54,998 nt of DNA from an uncultured Candidatus Bathyarchaeia archaeon (GTDB lineage: Archaea > Thermoproteota > Bathyarchaeia > TCS64). This document shows, piece by piece, positions 32,850 to 43,462 of this stretch. The stretch's first letter is position 1. Each line of letters opens with the position of its first letter. The DNA lies in contig CAZVMT010000001.1 of assembly GCA_964628765.1 (NCBI GenBank), positions 1 to 54,998 of the forward strand, given 5' to 3'. The notes below the pieces were generated by a model. It saw only the letters and a program-made list of their open reading frames with translations, was not told where the DNA came from and did no database searches. The position numbers and the translations under genes were made by a program.

Positions 32850-35200
32850 TGGCAAAAAAGAAAAGTGAACGCCTGAGCGAAGTTGTCCTTCGGTATGAGG
32901 TCGATTTCGAAGATACGCTCCAACGCCAGCAAGCCTATCAAGCGGCTGAAGAAGCGTCTTTGCAAGCGATCACGGCTAAGGCCAATTTATACAATTCCGC
33001 GATGCAGGATGTAGCCAACACACAATCCCGCGTCGCGTCAACCGTACAGGACACAACGCGGGATTTCAGCCGCGCCCAACAGATCATCGACAACAGCAAA
33101 AAGTCCGTTGATGAATACGGGGATGCCTACCGCCGAGCTTCGCAAGAGGTCGAATCATTTGGTGACGTTGCGACCAACATCTCGCAGGTAAGCGGGGTGT
33201 TGCGCGGTCTCGGAGCGGGCGGGGTTGCCGATGTCGCCATGCTTGGCGCTGACATTACCGACGCGGTCGAAGGCATCCGGCGCTTAGGGCCTGCTATCGG
33301 AGACGTGAGCGGCAAGGCGCTTACCGCCGTAAATGCGTTCACCGGGCTTGACCTGTCAATGGGCGAGCTTGTCGGGGCCGGGGCTGCTGTTGGTCTGGCG
33401 ATTGCCGCCGTCGGGCTGGCGCTGTCACAGTTGACACGCGCAGCGGCAGAGGCGGGCGAAGAAGCGCGACGCGAAGCCGAGGCCCGCGCCAATGCGATCA
33501 TTGACACGGAAGCCGCGCTCACCGATATGACGATCGACGAATATGAGACGCGACAGCAAGAGTTGCAGGACACGATCAACGAAAGCGGGAACGCCTACGA
33601 GCGGTTGCGGCAAGAGGTTTTGGATGAGGCGCAGGCGATGGTTGATGAGCGCGGCACAGGTCCACTGATCGGCGGCTTTGCCCCTGTTATGGACTCGCTT
33701 GAAGATGTTGATTATATGCTGAACCATGTGTCGATCAGCATTGACCGGAACCTTGACCCGTCGCTTGAAAGGTCAGTTAGTTCTATTGAGCAGCTTCAGG
33801 AAGGGCTTGACCAGGCGCGGGATGTGACGACAAAAGCAACCGCCAGCCTGACCGAACTCAACCTGGAATACGCGCAGTCTGACATCCTGGCGAATACACT
33901 GGCGCAGCGTGAACGCGAACTGGCGCAGGGTCGCAATGATTTGATACTGCGAACCATTCAGGATGAAATCGACCTGCAAAACGAACTGATGACCGCCAGC
34001 AGCGAACAGCTTGAGCAGCGCCGTCAGCAGCTTGAGATGGAACGCACCGCCTTGCAGAGCGGTATGGGCGGCCTCACCGGATCGGCGCAAGCGGAAGCGG
34101 CGGCGCGGTTTGCTGAGCTAGGCCGCGAATTGAACACGATCAACAACGAACTGCTGCCCGCTGTGCAGGCCCGCGAAGCGGAAGAAGCGGCGATCCGTGA
34201 AACCGCCGATGTTATGCTGCGTGCCATTGACATACAGCGTGATTACGCCGCTTTTCGTGAGCAGTTGTCGGACGTTGAAAAAGCCAACCTGACTCAACAG
34301 GAGGTGGCGGCGGCAGCCAGCGGTAAGAAGATCGACGACCTGACAGCAAAGTTTAATGAATTTGCGACAAACGCCGGGAAACAGATCACCGAAGCGGAAG
34401 CCGAGTCCCGCGCCGAACGCGCCAACGTTGACAAGCAGTACATGAAAGACACGCGCAAAGCCTACGAGGATTGGCGGCGTGAGGAACTGGAACAAGTCGA
34501 GGATTACCAGCGGGAACGCATTCGCCGGATCGAGGACCTGAACGAAAGCCTATTGCAAGCCGAAGAATCCAACGACGTGATCTCGTTTATCCGCACGCAG
34601 CGGGCCGGACAAACCGACTTGCGGCGCATGGATCAGGATGCCAGTATCGAGGCGCAGAAACGCCGTGAACAGTTCGAGGTTGAGCAAGACGAACGCGAGG
34701 ACGAGTATACCGAAGAACTTGTCCAGCTTGATCGGTCGAATGAAGATAAAATCGCGGCTATTCAAAAGAGTGTCGAGGAACAGCGCCAGAAGTTACAGGA
34801 AGGCATCCTGGCTGAACGCGCCGCGCTGCAACAGCGGCTAACCGATCTGCGGGCGGCGCTTGTTGCCGAATTGACACAGCGCCAGTTAGCCTACAAAACG
34901 AGCCTGATAATGGAGTCGGAATACGCCAAGCAGCGCCGGGCCATCGAGGAACAAAAGAACGCGGCGCTGGCAAGTGCCTCGCAGAGTTCCTATAACGCGG
35001 CGCTGTCCCGACTGAGTGGGGCCAGCGGTGGCGGCAGTGCGGCAAGCATGAGCGCAGGGACACGCCTGCTTGGTACCACGTTCAACTTCTCAAATATTCA
35101 GGTCGGCAGCAATCTCAGTCGGGCGGAGTTACAGGGGTCACTGCGCGACTTCAGTACCCAACTTGTGATCAGCAAACAGAAGGCGCTAAGGGGTAAGTAA
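32849..35200 (+). CDS. Tape measure protein
   Basis: About 783 aa, highly helical and rich in Q/E/A/R. Canonical position. Confidence 0.8.
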   Translation: MAKKKSERLSEVVLRYEVDFEDTLQRQQAYQAAEEASLQAITAKANLYNSAMQDVANTQSRVASTVQDTTRDFSRAQQIIDNSKKSVDEYGDAYRRASQEVESFGDVATNISQVSGVLRGLGAGGVADVAMLGADITDAVEGIRRLGPAIGDVSGKALTAVNAFTGLDLSMGELVGAGAAVGLAIAAVGLALSQLTRAAAEAGEEARREAEARANAIIDTEAALTDMTIDEYETRQQELQDTINESGNAYERLRQEVLDEAQAMVDERGTGPLIGGFAPVMDSLEDVDYMLNHVSISIDRNLDPSLERSVSSIEQLQEGLDQARDVTTKATASLTELNLEYAQSDILANTLAQRERELAQGRNDLILRTIQDEIDLQNELMTASSEQLEQRRQQLEMERTALQSGMGGLTGSAQAEAAARFAELGRELNTINNELLPAVQAREAEEAAIRETADVMLRAIDIQRDYAAFREQLSDVEKANLTQQEVAAAASGKKIDDLTAKFNEFATNAGKQITEAEAESRAERANVDKQYMKDTRKAYEDWRREELEQVEDYQRERIRRIEDLNESLLQAEESNDVISFIRTQRAGQTDLRRMDQDASIEAQKRREQFEVEQDEREDEYTEELVQLDRSNEDKIAAIQKSVEEQRQKLQEGILAERAALQQRLTDLRAALVAELTQRQLAYKTSLIMESEYAKQRRAIEEQKNAALASASQSSYNAALSRLSGASGGGSAASMSAGTRLLGTTFNFSNIQVGSNLSRAELQGSLRDFSTQLVISKQKALRGK

Positions 35201-35201
35201 C

Positions 35202-35657
35202 ATGGCACTCGTATCCGGGTATCGATGGCGGGCGGGCACGTGGGGACCGGGAGTTGTGTTGCCCGTGACCTACGCAATTGAGAACTTCCCCCGGCAAACT
35301 GACATGGGCTATGACAAGCAGTGGATGCGCCCCGGCAACGCAGCGGATATTGTCGCGCCCGCTGCCATTACGCAGGCGCTCGATGGCTCACAGGATGATT
35401 ACGGCGGCATACAGTTCACGTGGGAATTTGACTGGCTGTCGCCCGACATGGTGAGCTACCTGTTTACAACTATGTTCAGCAGCGCCTACAATGCTACCGC
35501 GACCGTGCGCACATGGAACCGGAGCACGGGGTTATGGGAACAGTACACCGCCACAGCGCTATGGCCTACCGCTGAGATGATCCGCGACCTGGATACTATC
35601 GGCGGGGGCTTCGAACAATTCCCGATCCGTTTCATCAAAGGAACAAAGATCGCATGA
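35202..35657 (+). CDS. Tail protein (distal-tail position)
   Basis: Lies directly after the tape measure gene. Confidence 0.5.
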   Translation: MALVSGYRWRAGTWGPGVVLPVTYAIENFPRQTDMGYDKQWMRPGNAADIVAPAAITQALDGSQDDYGGIQFTWEFDWLSPDMVSYLFTTMFSSAYNATATVRTWNRSTGLWEQYTATALWPTAEMIRDLDTIGGGFEQFPIRFIKGTKIA

Positions 35658-36565
35658 CCCGACGACTCGCCGCGCAGATTGGTTTCATTATCGGCTTGTT
35701 TGTCGCCTGCATCATGTTCGAGGGCGGCAGGGATGGCGTGTTGTGGTTCTGGCGGGACTGGTTCCCAGGCGCGACCGCGCCCGCGTATGCGTACCTGTTT
35801 ACCGCGCCCTTTGGCTGGCTGCCCTACCCCGCCAATTTTGCGCTGTTCGCCGGACTGTCTGCCATCTGCGTCATGTGGGCCTGCCAGCGGTTCGGTATTA
35901 CGTGGCTGATCATCCTGACGCCGCCTGTCCTGTCCCTGCTGTGGTTGGGGCAGCTTGAGGCGCTGGTCGTGTTGGGCGCTGTATTGGCGGCGGAGGTAGG
36001 GCAGGGGGATCGTGCCGCTGTGTGGGCGGGTCCGGCGTGGCTGCTGCTGATGGCTAAACCGACAGTCGGGATCGGGCTGGCGCTGTGGCTGCTGTGGCGA
36101 CTGTGGAAACAGGACGGCGCGGTAGCGGTCTGGGTTCCGGCGGTGGTTGTGATTGCCGCGCTGCTGCTGACGCTGGTACTGTGGGGGTCATGGGGTGCGG
36201 ACTGGCTGCACGTAATGACTCACTTCGACGAGCCGCTCAGTCATGACAATTTCGGCGGCTGGCCTTATGGCGCGATCCTGCTGCTACTGTTGGCGCTGCC
36301 CGGCGTATCGCCCAAGAAACAACCGGCATTGATCGCCGCGTTGACATTCTTTCTGGTGCCGTATACGCGCATCTACCACCTCACGCCGCTGCTTGTTTTG
36401 GCCGGTTCACCGCTGCTGATTGGTGTAACGTGGCTGGCTACCGCGCTCGGCGTGTTCTACAAAGCCCCGCTCTATATGTTGTGGCTGCCGGGGCTGGTGC
36501 TGGCGTTCGTTCTGTGGCGCGTGAATGGAAGGGGGCAAACGTGGCGATTCCAGCGGGCGATCTAA
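35654..36565 (+). CDS. Polytopic integral membrane protein (~10-12 TM; GT-C/Wzy-like architecture)
   Basis: Almost entirely hydrophobic helices rich in W, L and A. ATGA overlap with the upstream tail gene. Confidence 0.6.
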   Translation: MTRRLAAQIGFIIGLFVACIMFEGGRDGVLWFWRDWFPGATAPAYAYLFTAPFGWLPYPANFALFAGLSAICVMWACQRFGITWLIILTPPVLSLLWLGQLEALVVLGAVLAAEVGQGDRAAVWAGPAWLLLMAKPTVGIGLALWLLWRLWKQDGAVAVWVPAVVVIAALLLTLVLWGSWGADWLHVMTHFDEPLSHDNFGGWPYGAILLLLLALPGVSPKKQPALIAALTFFLVPYTRIYHLTPLLVLAGSPLLIGVTWLATALGVFYKAPLYMLWLPGLVLAFVLWRVNGRGQTWRFQRAI

Positions 36566-39500
36566 CCAAGTTACGCGGCCCAGGCATCATTGTAACCCCT
36601 CACCTCAATGTGACGCCTAAAGTGTCACTGGGCACGGCAACCGTTAGTGGGGGCACGGGAACAAGCATCGGCATTACCGGCGCGGCGCTGGTCGGTGGGT
36701 TGACAGTCGATGCGTTGCCGGTGGGCAGCATGGTCTGGGTTGGCACGGCGGCAGGCGGGCACGACGTATTTACCTCCTCAATCCGTAAGGTAGTCGCCAC
36801 AGTAACAGACGTCTTATACTGTCACGGCAGCACGGGCGGCGGTGATCCTGGCGTGGCTGTGCTGGAACCTGCCACAATTACAGCGGCGCAGAATGTCACG
36901 ATATTTGCCAACCTGCCGCTGTGGGCGCAGCTAAGCCGCGTCTACAACAACACGTTTTACAAGGCGTATGATGTCGCCTACACCGATCAGGGCAGTGACC
37001 CCGCGCCAGTCTGCAACATCGGCAAGTGGCGACGGTTGGAACTGACAATCGGCGGATCGGTTGACCTGACACTGACCGCGCTCACCAGCGTGACGTGGGG
37101 CGGCAAGGCCGTCGATAGTTGGGTATGGGACGCCAGGAACAGCGCCTACGCCACTATGACCGGCGTCACTGTTGTAGCCGGGGCGGGCACCAATACCGCT
37201 ACATTCCGGTTCACCGCTGCCGGGTTCTATATGCTATCCTGCACGATCACCGACGACGGGGCGGGCAATCACAGCCACATTGCCTATTGTTACGTGTGGG
37301 TGGTAGACGTCACCAATTACGACGACCTGCACGGCTGGCGCATTGAGAATGACCAGCAAGACCGGACCGGGCGACGCATGACCATTGTCATGGAAGGTGA
37401 CGTTGCCGAGTCGTCTGTGTTTCCCGGCGCGGCGTTTCTGTACAGCGAAACGTCCACTTACAACGGCAGCACGTTAACCGATGGATCAGTTGTGGACACC
37501 TTTGTCGGGTTCATTGATGAAGAAACCGGCATTCGTGAAATCGAAAATGGGCGCGTCCAATTTACGCTGATCAGCCCGTCCTATGTGCTCGACCAGCTGC
37601 CAATGGCATCGCAGTACATCGAGGAAACCGCCAGCCCTGCTGACTGGACGCAGGTGACAGGCGACCTCTCCAACCCGAACGGGATCGCGTGGTATGTGCT
37701 GGCGCATCACGCACCCAACATGCTTAAATTATTTGACTTTCGGGCCAGCCTGGGCGACACGCTGCGCAACCACATCTGGACGCTCAATAATTCGAGCGTG
37801 TGGGGCCAGCTCAAAGAAATCACGCCGGAACAAATCAATATTGGCTGCGCCAGCGAAGGCGCGTTATTTATTCGAGATGATCCGCTGATTGAGGATGACA
37901 CCTACCGGGCCGCGCTTGACGTGGCGATGACGTGGCTTGTGGGCGATCTGCGCGGCGACGATCCGCTCGAATACCGGAAGCGCTACCGACTCAAGGTTGG
38001 GCAGGTGGACGCTTACGCCTTCGCCTACAACGGATCGAACACGATCCCGCTTCGCGCCACCGCGCCCTGGATATTCCAGGTCGAGGGTACCGACAAGCGC
38101 GTCTATAACGGCCTTGTCACGCCATACACTACGGTGGGGGCGGACATTGCGCGGATGGCGGGCAACCTGTTCGCCCGCCTGAACAGCCCCTATCAGGACA
38201 TCGCCCTGCACGCCATGCGCAACTTTGACACGGCAGACCCGGCGCGTATGATCTGGCATAAACTCACGCTGGATGCCGCGTATGATCCACGCGGTACAGG
38301 CTGGACAGAACAGCGCGTGTTACCGCGCAGTGTTTCCCGGCGCTGGCAGCAGGTCAACGGTGAGTGGCTCAAAACGGTAGATGTTACCGTTGAGGTCGAG
38401 ACGGAGGGCAAGCCGGGGATATTTCGCCCGGTGGAATACAATCAGGATGGAGCATGGAACCCAATTTTTGACTGGCTCGATCAGGGCGACATCGTTGTGA
38501 CCGAACCCGATCCGCCCGCGCCTGAGAGTGGCCCGCTGTACCTGCTGGCTGCCGCTTACGGCGCAGCACAAATCGCCCGCGCCTATGACGGGGGTGGCTT
38601 CGAGGGCGAGACTCCCGTGTGGGAGAGCATCAGTACGGGACTCAGCGGCGCTATGCGCTGGATGACTTCCGATCCGTTTGAACCGAAACGATATTATGCA
38701 TGTGGCACGGCTGGCCTGTTTGTGTGCGAGGACATCACGGCTACAACGCCGCTGTGGGTGCAGATACTCGACACAAGTCGCTTGCCCTCGGAAACAGCCG
38801 CGCTTGGGTATCATCATGTCGTGACGACTCCACACCGGCAGGGCTGGATTGGGCTGTGCAACGGCTACGACTATGTTGATCTTTCTCTCGACGGCGGCAA
38901 CACGTGGCAGACGACATTCGGCGTCAATCCGATTGCCCTCACCGATTACCTGTGCAACTTACAAGTGTCGCCATTTTCTACCGAGTCAGACAACACGGTT
39001 TGGTTCCGGCGCGCGCGCGATCTGTTTCGTTCGACAGATTGGGGCCTGACCTGGACGGTGGGTGCTACTCAGGCCCAGATGGGCTTTACCGAGAACGGCG
39101 TGGGCATGGTGACTGTGCCGCTGTTCCGTCCTGATGGCACGATCAACCCCCCTGACGCGAATCAGCGGTTGTATGTTGTGTCCGGCTTGCGAACCATCTT
39201 TCCCGACAAGGGTGCCAACCTTGCGCTTTCGACGGCGCGGGGTGTGGTGGGTAGCTGGTCACAGTTACTCGCCCCAACCGGGTTGGGTGATTGGGGAGCG
39301 TGGCCGTCACCGGCGATCCGGTCACTGGTGACTTCGACGCAGAACGGTACGCATATCGGAATTGTGTTACGCCAAACGGCGGGCACATCATGGTTGACGC
39401 GGTTTGCCTACAGCACAAACAGCGGTGTAACGTGGACACTGAGCGCCAATCAACCGGCTTATCCAGCCGCCATCAACACTACCGTCGGCATGAACGGCTG

Positions 39501-39690
39501 GCCCTACGATGACAACATTTTTGTCACATGGTGGGCAACGTCGACATCAGGTCTCAGCGGCGGATTATACCTGACGTATGACAAGGGCGCGTCAGCGTGG
39601 CAAAACGCTATCGGCAACTTAATCACCGGCGGGATATTTACCAACAGCCGGATCGCCTACGCTGAATTGCTAACGGCAGGTGCGCAATGA
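36541..39690 (+). CDS. Large tail/baseplate protein with a C-terminal BNR (Asp-box) repeat propeller
   Basis: GGAAGGGGG RBS before GTG 36541. Asp-boxes SLDGGNTW, STDWGLTW and STNSGVTW. Confidence 0.7.
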   Translation: MAIPAGDLTKLRGPGIIVTPHLNVTPKVSLGTATVSGGTGTSIGITGAALVGGLTVDALPVGSMVWVGTAAGGHDVFTSSIRKVVATVTDVLYCHGSTGGGDPGVAVLEPATITAAQNVTIFANLPLWAQLSRVYNNTFYKAYDVAYTDQGSDPAPVCNIGKWRRLELTIGGSVDLTLTALTSVTWGGKAVDSWVWDARNSAYATMTGVTVVAGAGTNTATFRFTAAGFYMLSCTITDDGAGNHSHIAYCYVWVVDVTNYDDLHGWRIENDQQDRTGRRMTIVMEGDVAESSVFPGAAFLYSETSTYNGSTLTDGSVVDTFVGFIDEETGIREIENGRVQFTLISPSYVLDQLPMASQYIEETASPADWTQVTGDLSNPNGIAWYVLAHHAPNMLKLFDFRASLGDTLRNHIWTLNNSSVWGQLKEITPEQINIGCASEGALFIRDDPLIEDDTYRAALDVAMTWLVGDLRGDDPLEYRKRYRLKVGQVDAYAFAYNGSNTIPLRATAPWIFQVEGTDKRVYNGLVTPYTTVGADIARMAGNLFARLNSPYQDIALHAMRNFDTADPARMIWHKLTLDAAYDPRGTGWTEQRVLPRSVSRRWQQVNGEWLKTVDVTVEVETEGKPGIFRPVEYNQDGAWNPIFDWLDQGDIVVTEPDPPAPESGPLYLLAAAYGAAQIARAYDGGGFEGETPVWESISTGLSGAMRWMTSDPFEPKRYYACGTAGLFVCEDITATTPLWVQILDTSRLPSETAALGYHHVVTTPHRQGWIGLCNGYDYVDLSLDGGNTWQTTFGVNPIALTDYLCNLQVSPFSTESDNTVWFRRARDLFRSTDWGLTWTVGATQAQMGFTENGVGMVTVPLFRPDGTINPPDANQRLYVVSGLRTIFPDKGANLALSTARGVVGSWSQLLAPTGLGDWGAWPSPAIRSLVTSTQNGTHIGIVLRQTAGTSWLTRFAYSTNSGVTWTLSANQPAYPAAINTTVGMNGWPYDDNIFVTWWATSTSGLSGGLYLTYDKGASAWQNAIGNLITGGIFTNSRIAYAELLTAGAQ

Positions 39691-40571
39691 CAGACATGAT
39701 CCCGGTGGACGTACTTGACGAACTGGCAGACCTGGAAGCGGCGCATATCGCGGCGTCGGCATGGTCGGAGGTACAAACGGCCCGACTCGGCGCGACTGTC
39801 AACAATCAACAGATAGTGCGCGTGCCGGAAACAGCGCGGCAGTATCCCAATCAGTGTTATTACACGTCGCTGGAAAACGACCGGATCGGGCGGGTGATCA
39901 ATACCGTGACACCCTACCGCTACGGGCTGCACATCAAGATCGGCTATCCGCCGGGCGACCGAACACGCCTGCACGTGATGGCGTTGGCGTCTGACCCAAG
40001 CGAGAATCTGAGTGTTGACGAGGTAGGCACGGTGCCCCACGCTATGCAGCATAGTCTGCGGGCGGCGGGCCTGTTTCGCCACTGGCAGGGCAAGGTGGGC
40101 GAGGACGTGCTGTTGCTCGACGCCCGACAGATGTGGAATAGCAATATCCAGCCCTGGGCCGGGATGACGGTATACCTTACACCCGGCTGGATTACGTTGG
40201 GCAGTCTGATGCAATACTTCTCTGGCGAAGAATATGATATGACCGCCTACCAGCCGGGGGGCACGGGCTACGAGGGCCGGTTTGTGCTGCTGGAACTGGA
40301 CCGCGATCTGACCGTGATCGCAACCGGCGGCCCAGTGTTTTATTATGGCAGCGGCCATTTGCCCTATGTCGATTACTTGCCTGCACCCAATGGCAACCGC
40401 TATCAGTTAGGATATGTAGCGCTCGCATCCACACAGGACACCCTGACATGGTTCAACGTGTGGACGGGGATGCAGCAGGCGGCAATGGCGGACATGGCCC
40501 GTCAGCGGCAGGAAATTGATCTCGAACTGGACGAACTGCGCACGGCATTAGCTGTGCATACGAGGTATTGA
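39687..40571 (+). CDS. Tail-associated hypothetical protein
   Basis: ATGA overlap and position. Confidence 0.6.
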   Translation: MTDMIPVDVLDELADLEAAHIAASAWSEVQTARLGATVNNQQIVRVPETARQYPNQCYYTSLENDRIGRVINTVTPYRYGLHIKIGYPPGDRTRLHVMALASDPSENLSVDEVGTVPHAMQHSLRAAGLFRHWQGKVGEDVLLLDARQMWNSNIQPWAGMTVYLTPGWITLGSLMQYFSGEEYDMTAYQPGGTGYEGRFVLLELDRDLTVIATGGPVFYYGSGHLPYVDYLPAPNGNRYQLGYVALASTQDTLTWFNVWTGMQQAAMADMARQRQEIDLELDELRTALAVHTRY

Positions 40572-40574
40572 GAC

Positions 40575-41042
40575 ATGGCAATTACACTAAGCGACAACGC
40601 TACACCGGGCGTAGGCAATACTTACGACCAGACCGGCGACTCGCAGGGCACCGCTAACGTCAAACGTTTTGACGAGGGGCTGGCGCTGGCGGCAGCGGTT
40701 GAGATTACGGACGGCGACGCGCACGATTACAATATCGCAGCACGGGGCCGCGAATGTACGATCATCATTGACAACAATCTTGATGTAGCGTTGGATGTGG
40801 ATATTTTTATGCAGCCCGTGTCAGCACTGGAACAATCCACGACGATCTACAGCGCCGATGACGTGGTGGCAGACACAACCGGTCTGCTGACACTCAGCCC
40901 TTACGCGGGCGGTACCGGTGGCACAACCGATCATCTGCAAGTCGCAGCGCTGGCAAGCCCGGCGTATCGGTTCATCGTGCGCATTCAGGGCGCGAGTGCT
41001 GCCTCATCCGGCACCATCAATATTTACGCGGCGTGTTCGTAA
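40575..41042 (+). CDS. Tail-associated hypothetical protein
   Basis: Position in the tail module. Confidence 0.6.
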   Translation: MAITLSDNATPGVGNTYDQTGDSQGTANVKRFDEGLALAAAVEITDGDAHDYNIAARGRECTIIIDNNLDVALDVDIFMQPVSALEQSTTIYSADDVVADTTGLLTLSPYAGGTGGTTDHLQVAALASPAYRFIVRIQGASAASSGTINIYAACS

Positions 41043-41051
41043 AGGGCTAGC

Positions 41052-42368
41052 ATGGCTGACTTTTACACCAGACACTACCGCTCAGGTACAACTACTGAGC
41101 GAGCAGCATACGGAGTCACGCTTGCCAACGTTGCCGCTGACATTGGCCGCTTGTGGTGGGATACAACGCTGTCCGCGCTCTACTATTGGACTGGCGCTGC
41201 ATGGACGGCGGTAAGCGGCGGTGGTAGTTCGTATTACCAGACTGTAAAAGAGGCCGGTGTCGCGGAGACGCAGCGGGCCGCGATCAACTTTGTGGATGGT
41301 ACGGGTATCGACATCACAGCTACAGACGACGCGGGCAATGATGAAACAGACGTGCAGGCCGATCTCAACGTGCCGGGACTGACTGCCGAAGCGACCGCCG
41401 ATGATACCGACCTGGTTATCATTTACGACGACAGCGCTACAGCAGTTCGCAAAATGACCCGCGCCAATTTTCTGGCGGGCAGCGGCGGTGGCAGCGTCGC
41501 CTTTGCGTGTAACGGTCGCCTGACGCTTACCACCGGTGTGCCGGTCACAACTACCAACGTCGCGGGCGCGGGAACGCTCTATTTCACGCCATATCGCGGT
41601 AACATCGTCACCCTATACGGTGGCACGGCGTGGGAGGAGCACACGCTTACCGAGATTAGTTTGACGCTGTCAACCCTGACCGCGTCAACAATGTACGACA
41701 TTTTTATCTATGACAACGCGGGCACGCTGACACTGGACGCAGTAGCATGGACAAACACCACGACTCGCGCCACTGCTTTGGCAACACAAGACGGGCATTA
41801 CGTGAAGTCGGGATCGGCAACGCATCTCTACATCGGCACAATTTACGTAGATGCCTCAAAACAATGTAATGAGGTGTTGATCGGAACGCCAGCAAAACTG
41901 CACGTATCAAACCATTACAACCGCGAATCGAGACCGTTTCGCATTGTCGATACCACCGCCACGTGGATATACAACACGGCAACGTGGCGCGCACGAAATG
42001 GCACGGCCAACAATCAGTTGCAAGTAGTACGCGGGTTAGACATTGATCCCGTAAAAATGACATTTTTAGCTGCTGGATATTCGACAAACGGAACGGCGTT
42101 TAATGGATACATGAATATCGGGGTCGATTGGACAAGTGGCCTTCCGTCTGGCGCGAATTCGATAGCGCACCCAATTACAATTGCAGTTGTTTCAGTGTCG
42201 ATCATGGCCGAGGTCGAGTATGAGGGTTTCCCCGGCACAGGGTATCACACACTGACATTACTGGAACGGGGATATGGCACAGCGTCAAACTTAACGTGGA
42301 TTGGGCAACCCGCGAGTGGTGAAGCGGGATATTATGCGCTTGGCGCAGTTGGGGAGGCGTGGGCATGA
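41052..42368 (+). CDS. Tail fiber protein
   Basis: N-terminal GRLWWDTTLSALYYWTGAAWTAV motif, common in tail fibers, followed by a Gly linker. Confidence 0.6.
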   Translation: MADFYTRHYRSGTTTERAAYGVTLANVAADIGRLWWDTTLSALYYWTGAAWTAVSGGGSSYYQTVKEAGVAETQRAAINFVDGTGIDITATDDAGNDETDVQADLNVPGLTAEATADDTDLVIIYDDSATAVRKMTRANFLAGSGGGSVAFACNGRLTLTTGVPVTTTNVAGAGTLYFTPYRGNIVTLYGGTAWEEHTLTEISLTLSTLTASTMYDIFIYDNAGTLTLDAVAWTNTTTRATALATQDGHYVKSGSATHLYIGTIYVDASKQCNEVLIGTPAKLHVSNHYNRESRPFRIVDTTATWIYNTATWRARNGTANNQLQVVRGLDIDPVKMTFLAAGYSTNGTAFNGYMNIGVDWTSGLPSGANSIAHPITIAVVSVSIMAEVEYEGFPGTGYHTLTLLERGYGTASNLTWIGQPASGEAGYYALGAVGEAWA

Positions 42369-42844
42369 CGTTATCGCAAGCAGATATACAGGCAATCAGT
42401 GCTAATTTGGCATCTCGACTAGACACTGCCGGTATCGCCTACACAACCCTGCGGATTTTGCCGCCTGGTACACCGGTCGCGCCGGAGTGGGATTATGTGT
42501 TTGACACGCAGTATACCGGCTGGCGCATCAGCATCGACGGTACGCTGACTGCTGGACAGCAGGCGGCAATTGCGGCGGCGGCGCTCAATCTCGAGGTTAA
42601 GGACTATCTGGCAGAGGTTCTGGCAGAGGTTCTGGCATCATTCGCCGCGCTGCCCAAGTTGATGCGCACCGGAACGTATGAAGAAATCGAGGCGTATTAC
42701 GCCAGCGTACCGCACGCCACAGACGCGGCATGGAAAGCCCGACAGGAAACCTTTCTGCTGTTCCTTGTGCGCGGCTGGGTTATCAATCGGGACTGGGATC
42801 GGGCGCAATACCGCGCCGCACAACTCCGTGAGGATGCAGGGTGA
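42365..42844 (+). CDS. Hypothetical protein (possible fiber chaperone)
   Basis: Overlaps the stop codon of the fiber gene. Confidence 0.5.
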   Translation: MTLSQADIQAISANLASRLDTAGIAYTTLRILPPGTPVAPEWDYVFDTQYTGWRISIDGTLTAGQQAAIAAAALNLEVKDYLAEVLAEVLASFAALPKLMRTGTYEEIEAYYASVPHATDAAWKARQETFLLFLVRGWVINRDWDRAQYRAAQLREDAG

Positions 42845-42897
42845 TCAGCATCCTCAAATAGGGAAACATCGCCAAAGGGCAGAGGGAAAAGAGAATT

Positions 42898-43368
42898 ATG
42901 GAGATACTACTCGTTACTGTTGTTCTGGTCGTTGTTGTTATCCTGGCAATTGCGTTAGTTGCATTCGCTGTGATGTTTTGGCGCATGGCGAACGATCTGA
43001 TCTCTGCGCAGAATACGCAGCACCAACAGCAGGTGGATGCGGATAAGCAAACAGCACAAGCGCTGTTTGAGATGGGACTGTACGTCAAGGAATCGGTGGC
43101 AGCGTTTGCTAATTTGCAAGCAATTCTATCGTCGATCCATCGAGATATTAGTGAATTATCGGGCGATGCGTCCCGTAATCAAGTGTCACTTGAAAATCGT
43201 TTGGAGATCATCCATGACAAACAATCGGCGCTGTTGGATTTGATTGGCGAGATGTACCAACAAATCAACGGCGACAACGAACACATGCGCCACCTACTTG
43301 ATACACTGGCAACCGAGGTCCGTAACTGGATTGGCACTCGACTTGATTCGCGGGATAAAGCTGAGTAA
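42898..43368 (+). CDS. N-terminally anchored coiled-coil membrane protein (candidate lysis-cassette member)
   Basis: TM segment ILLVTVVLVVVVILAIALVAFAVMFW followed by a helical region. Confidence 0.55.
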   Translation: MEILLVTVVLVVVVILAIALVAFAVMFWRMANDLISAQNTQHQQQVDADKQTAQALFEMGLYVKESVAAFANLQAILSSIHRDISELSGDASRNQVSLENRLEIIHDKQSALLDLIGEMYQQINGDNEHMRHLLDTLATEVRNWIGTRLDSRDKAE

Positions 43369-43462
43369 AATGAATTCACTCCCGCATCGTGTGGGCTGCA
43401 TCGGCGGCGGCTTTCCCTCTGTCCCCGGTGTGGCCCACACGGCGCGGGAGTTTCGCACCGTA

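Noticed and set aside
36430-36540. Upstream ATG 36430 as the start of the large tail protein
   Set aside because: It would overlap the membrane-protein gene by 136 nt. GTG 36541 has a GGAAGGGGG RBS and gives the usual short overlap.
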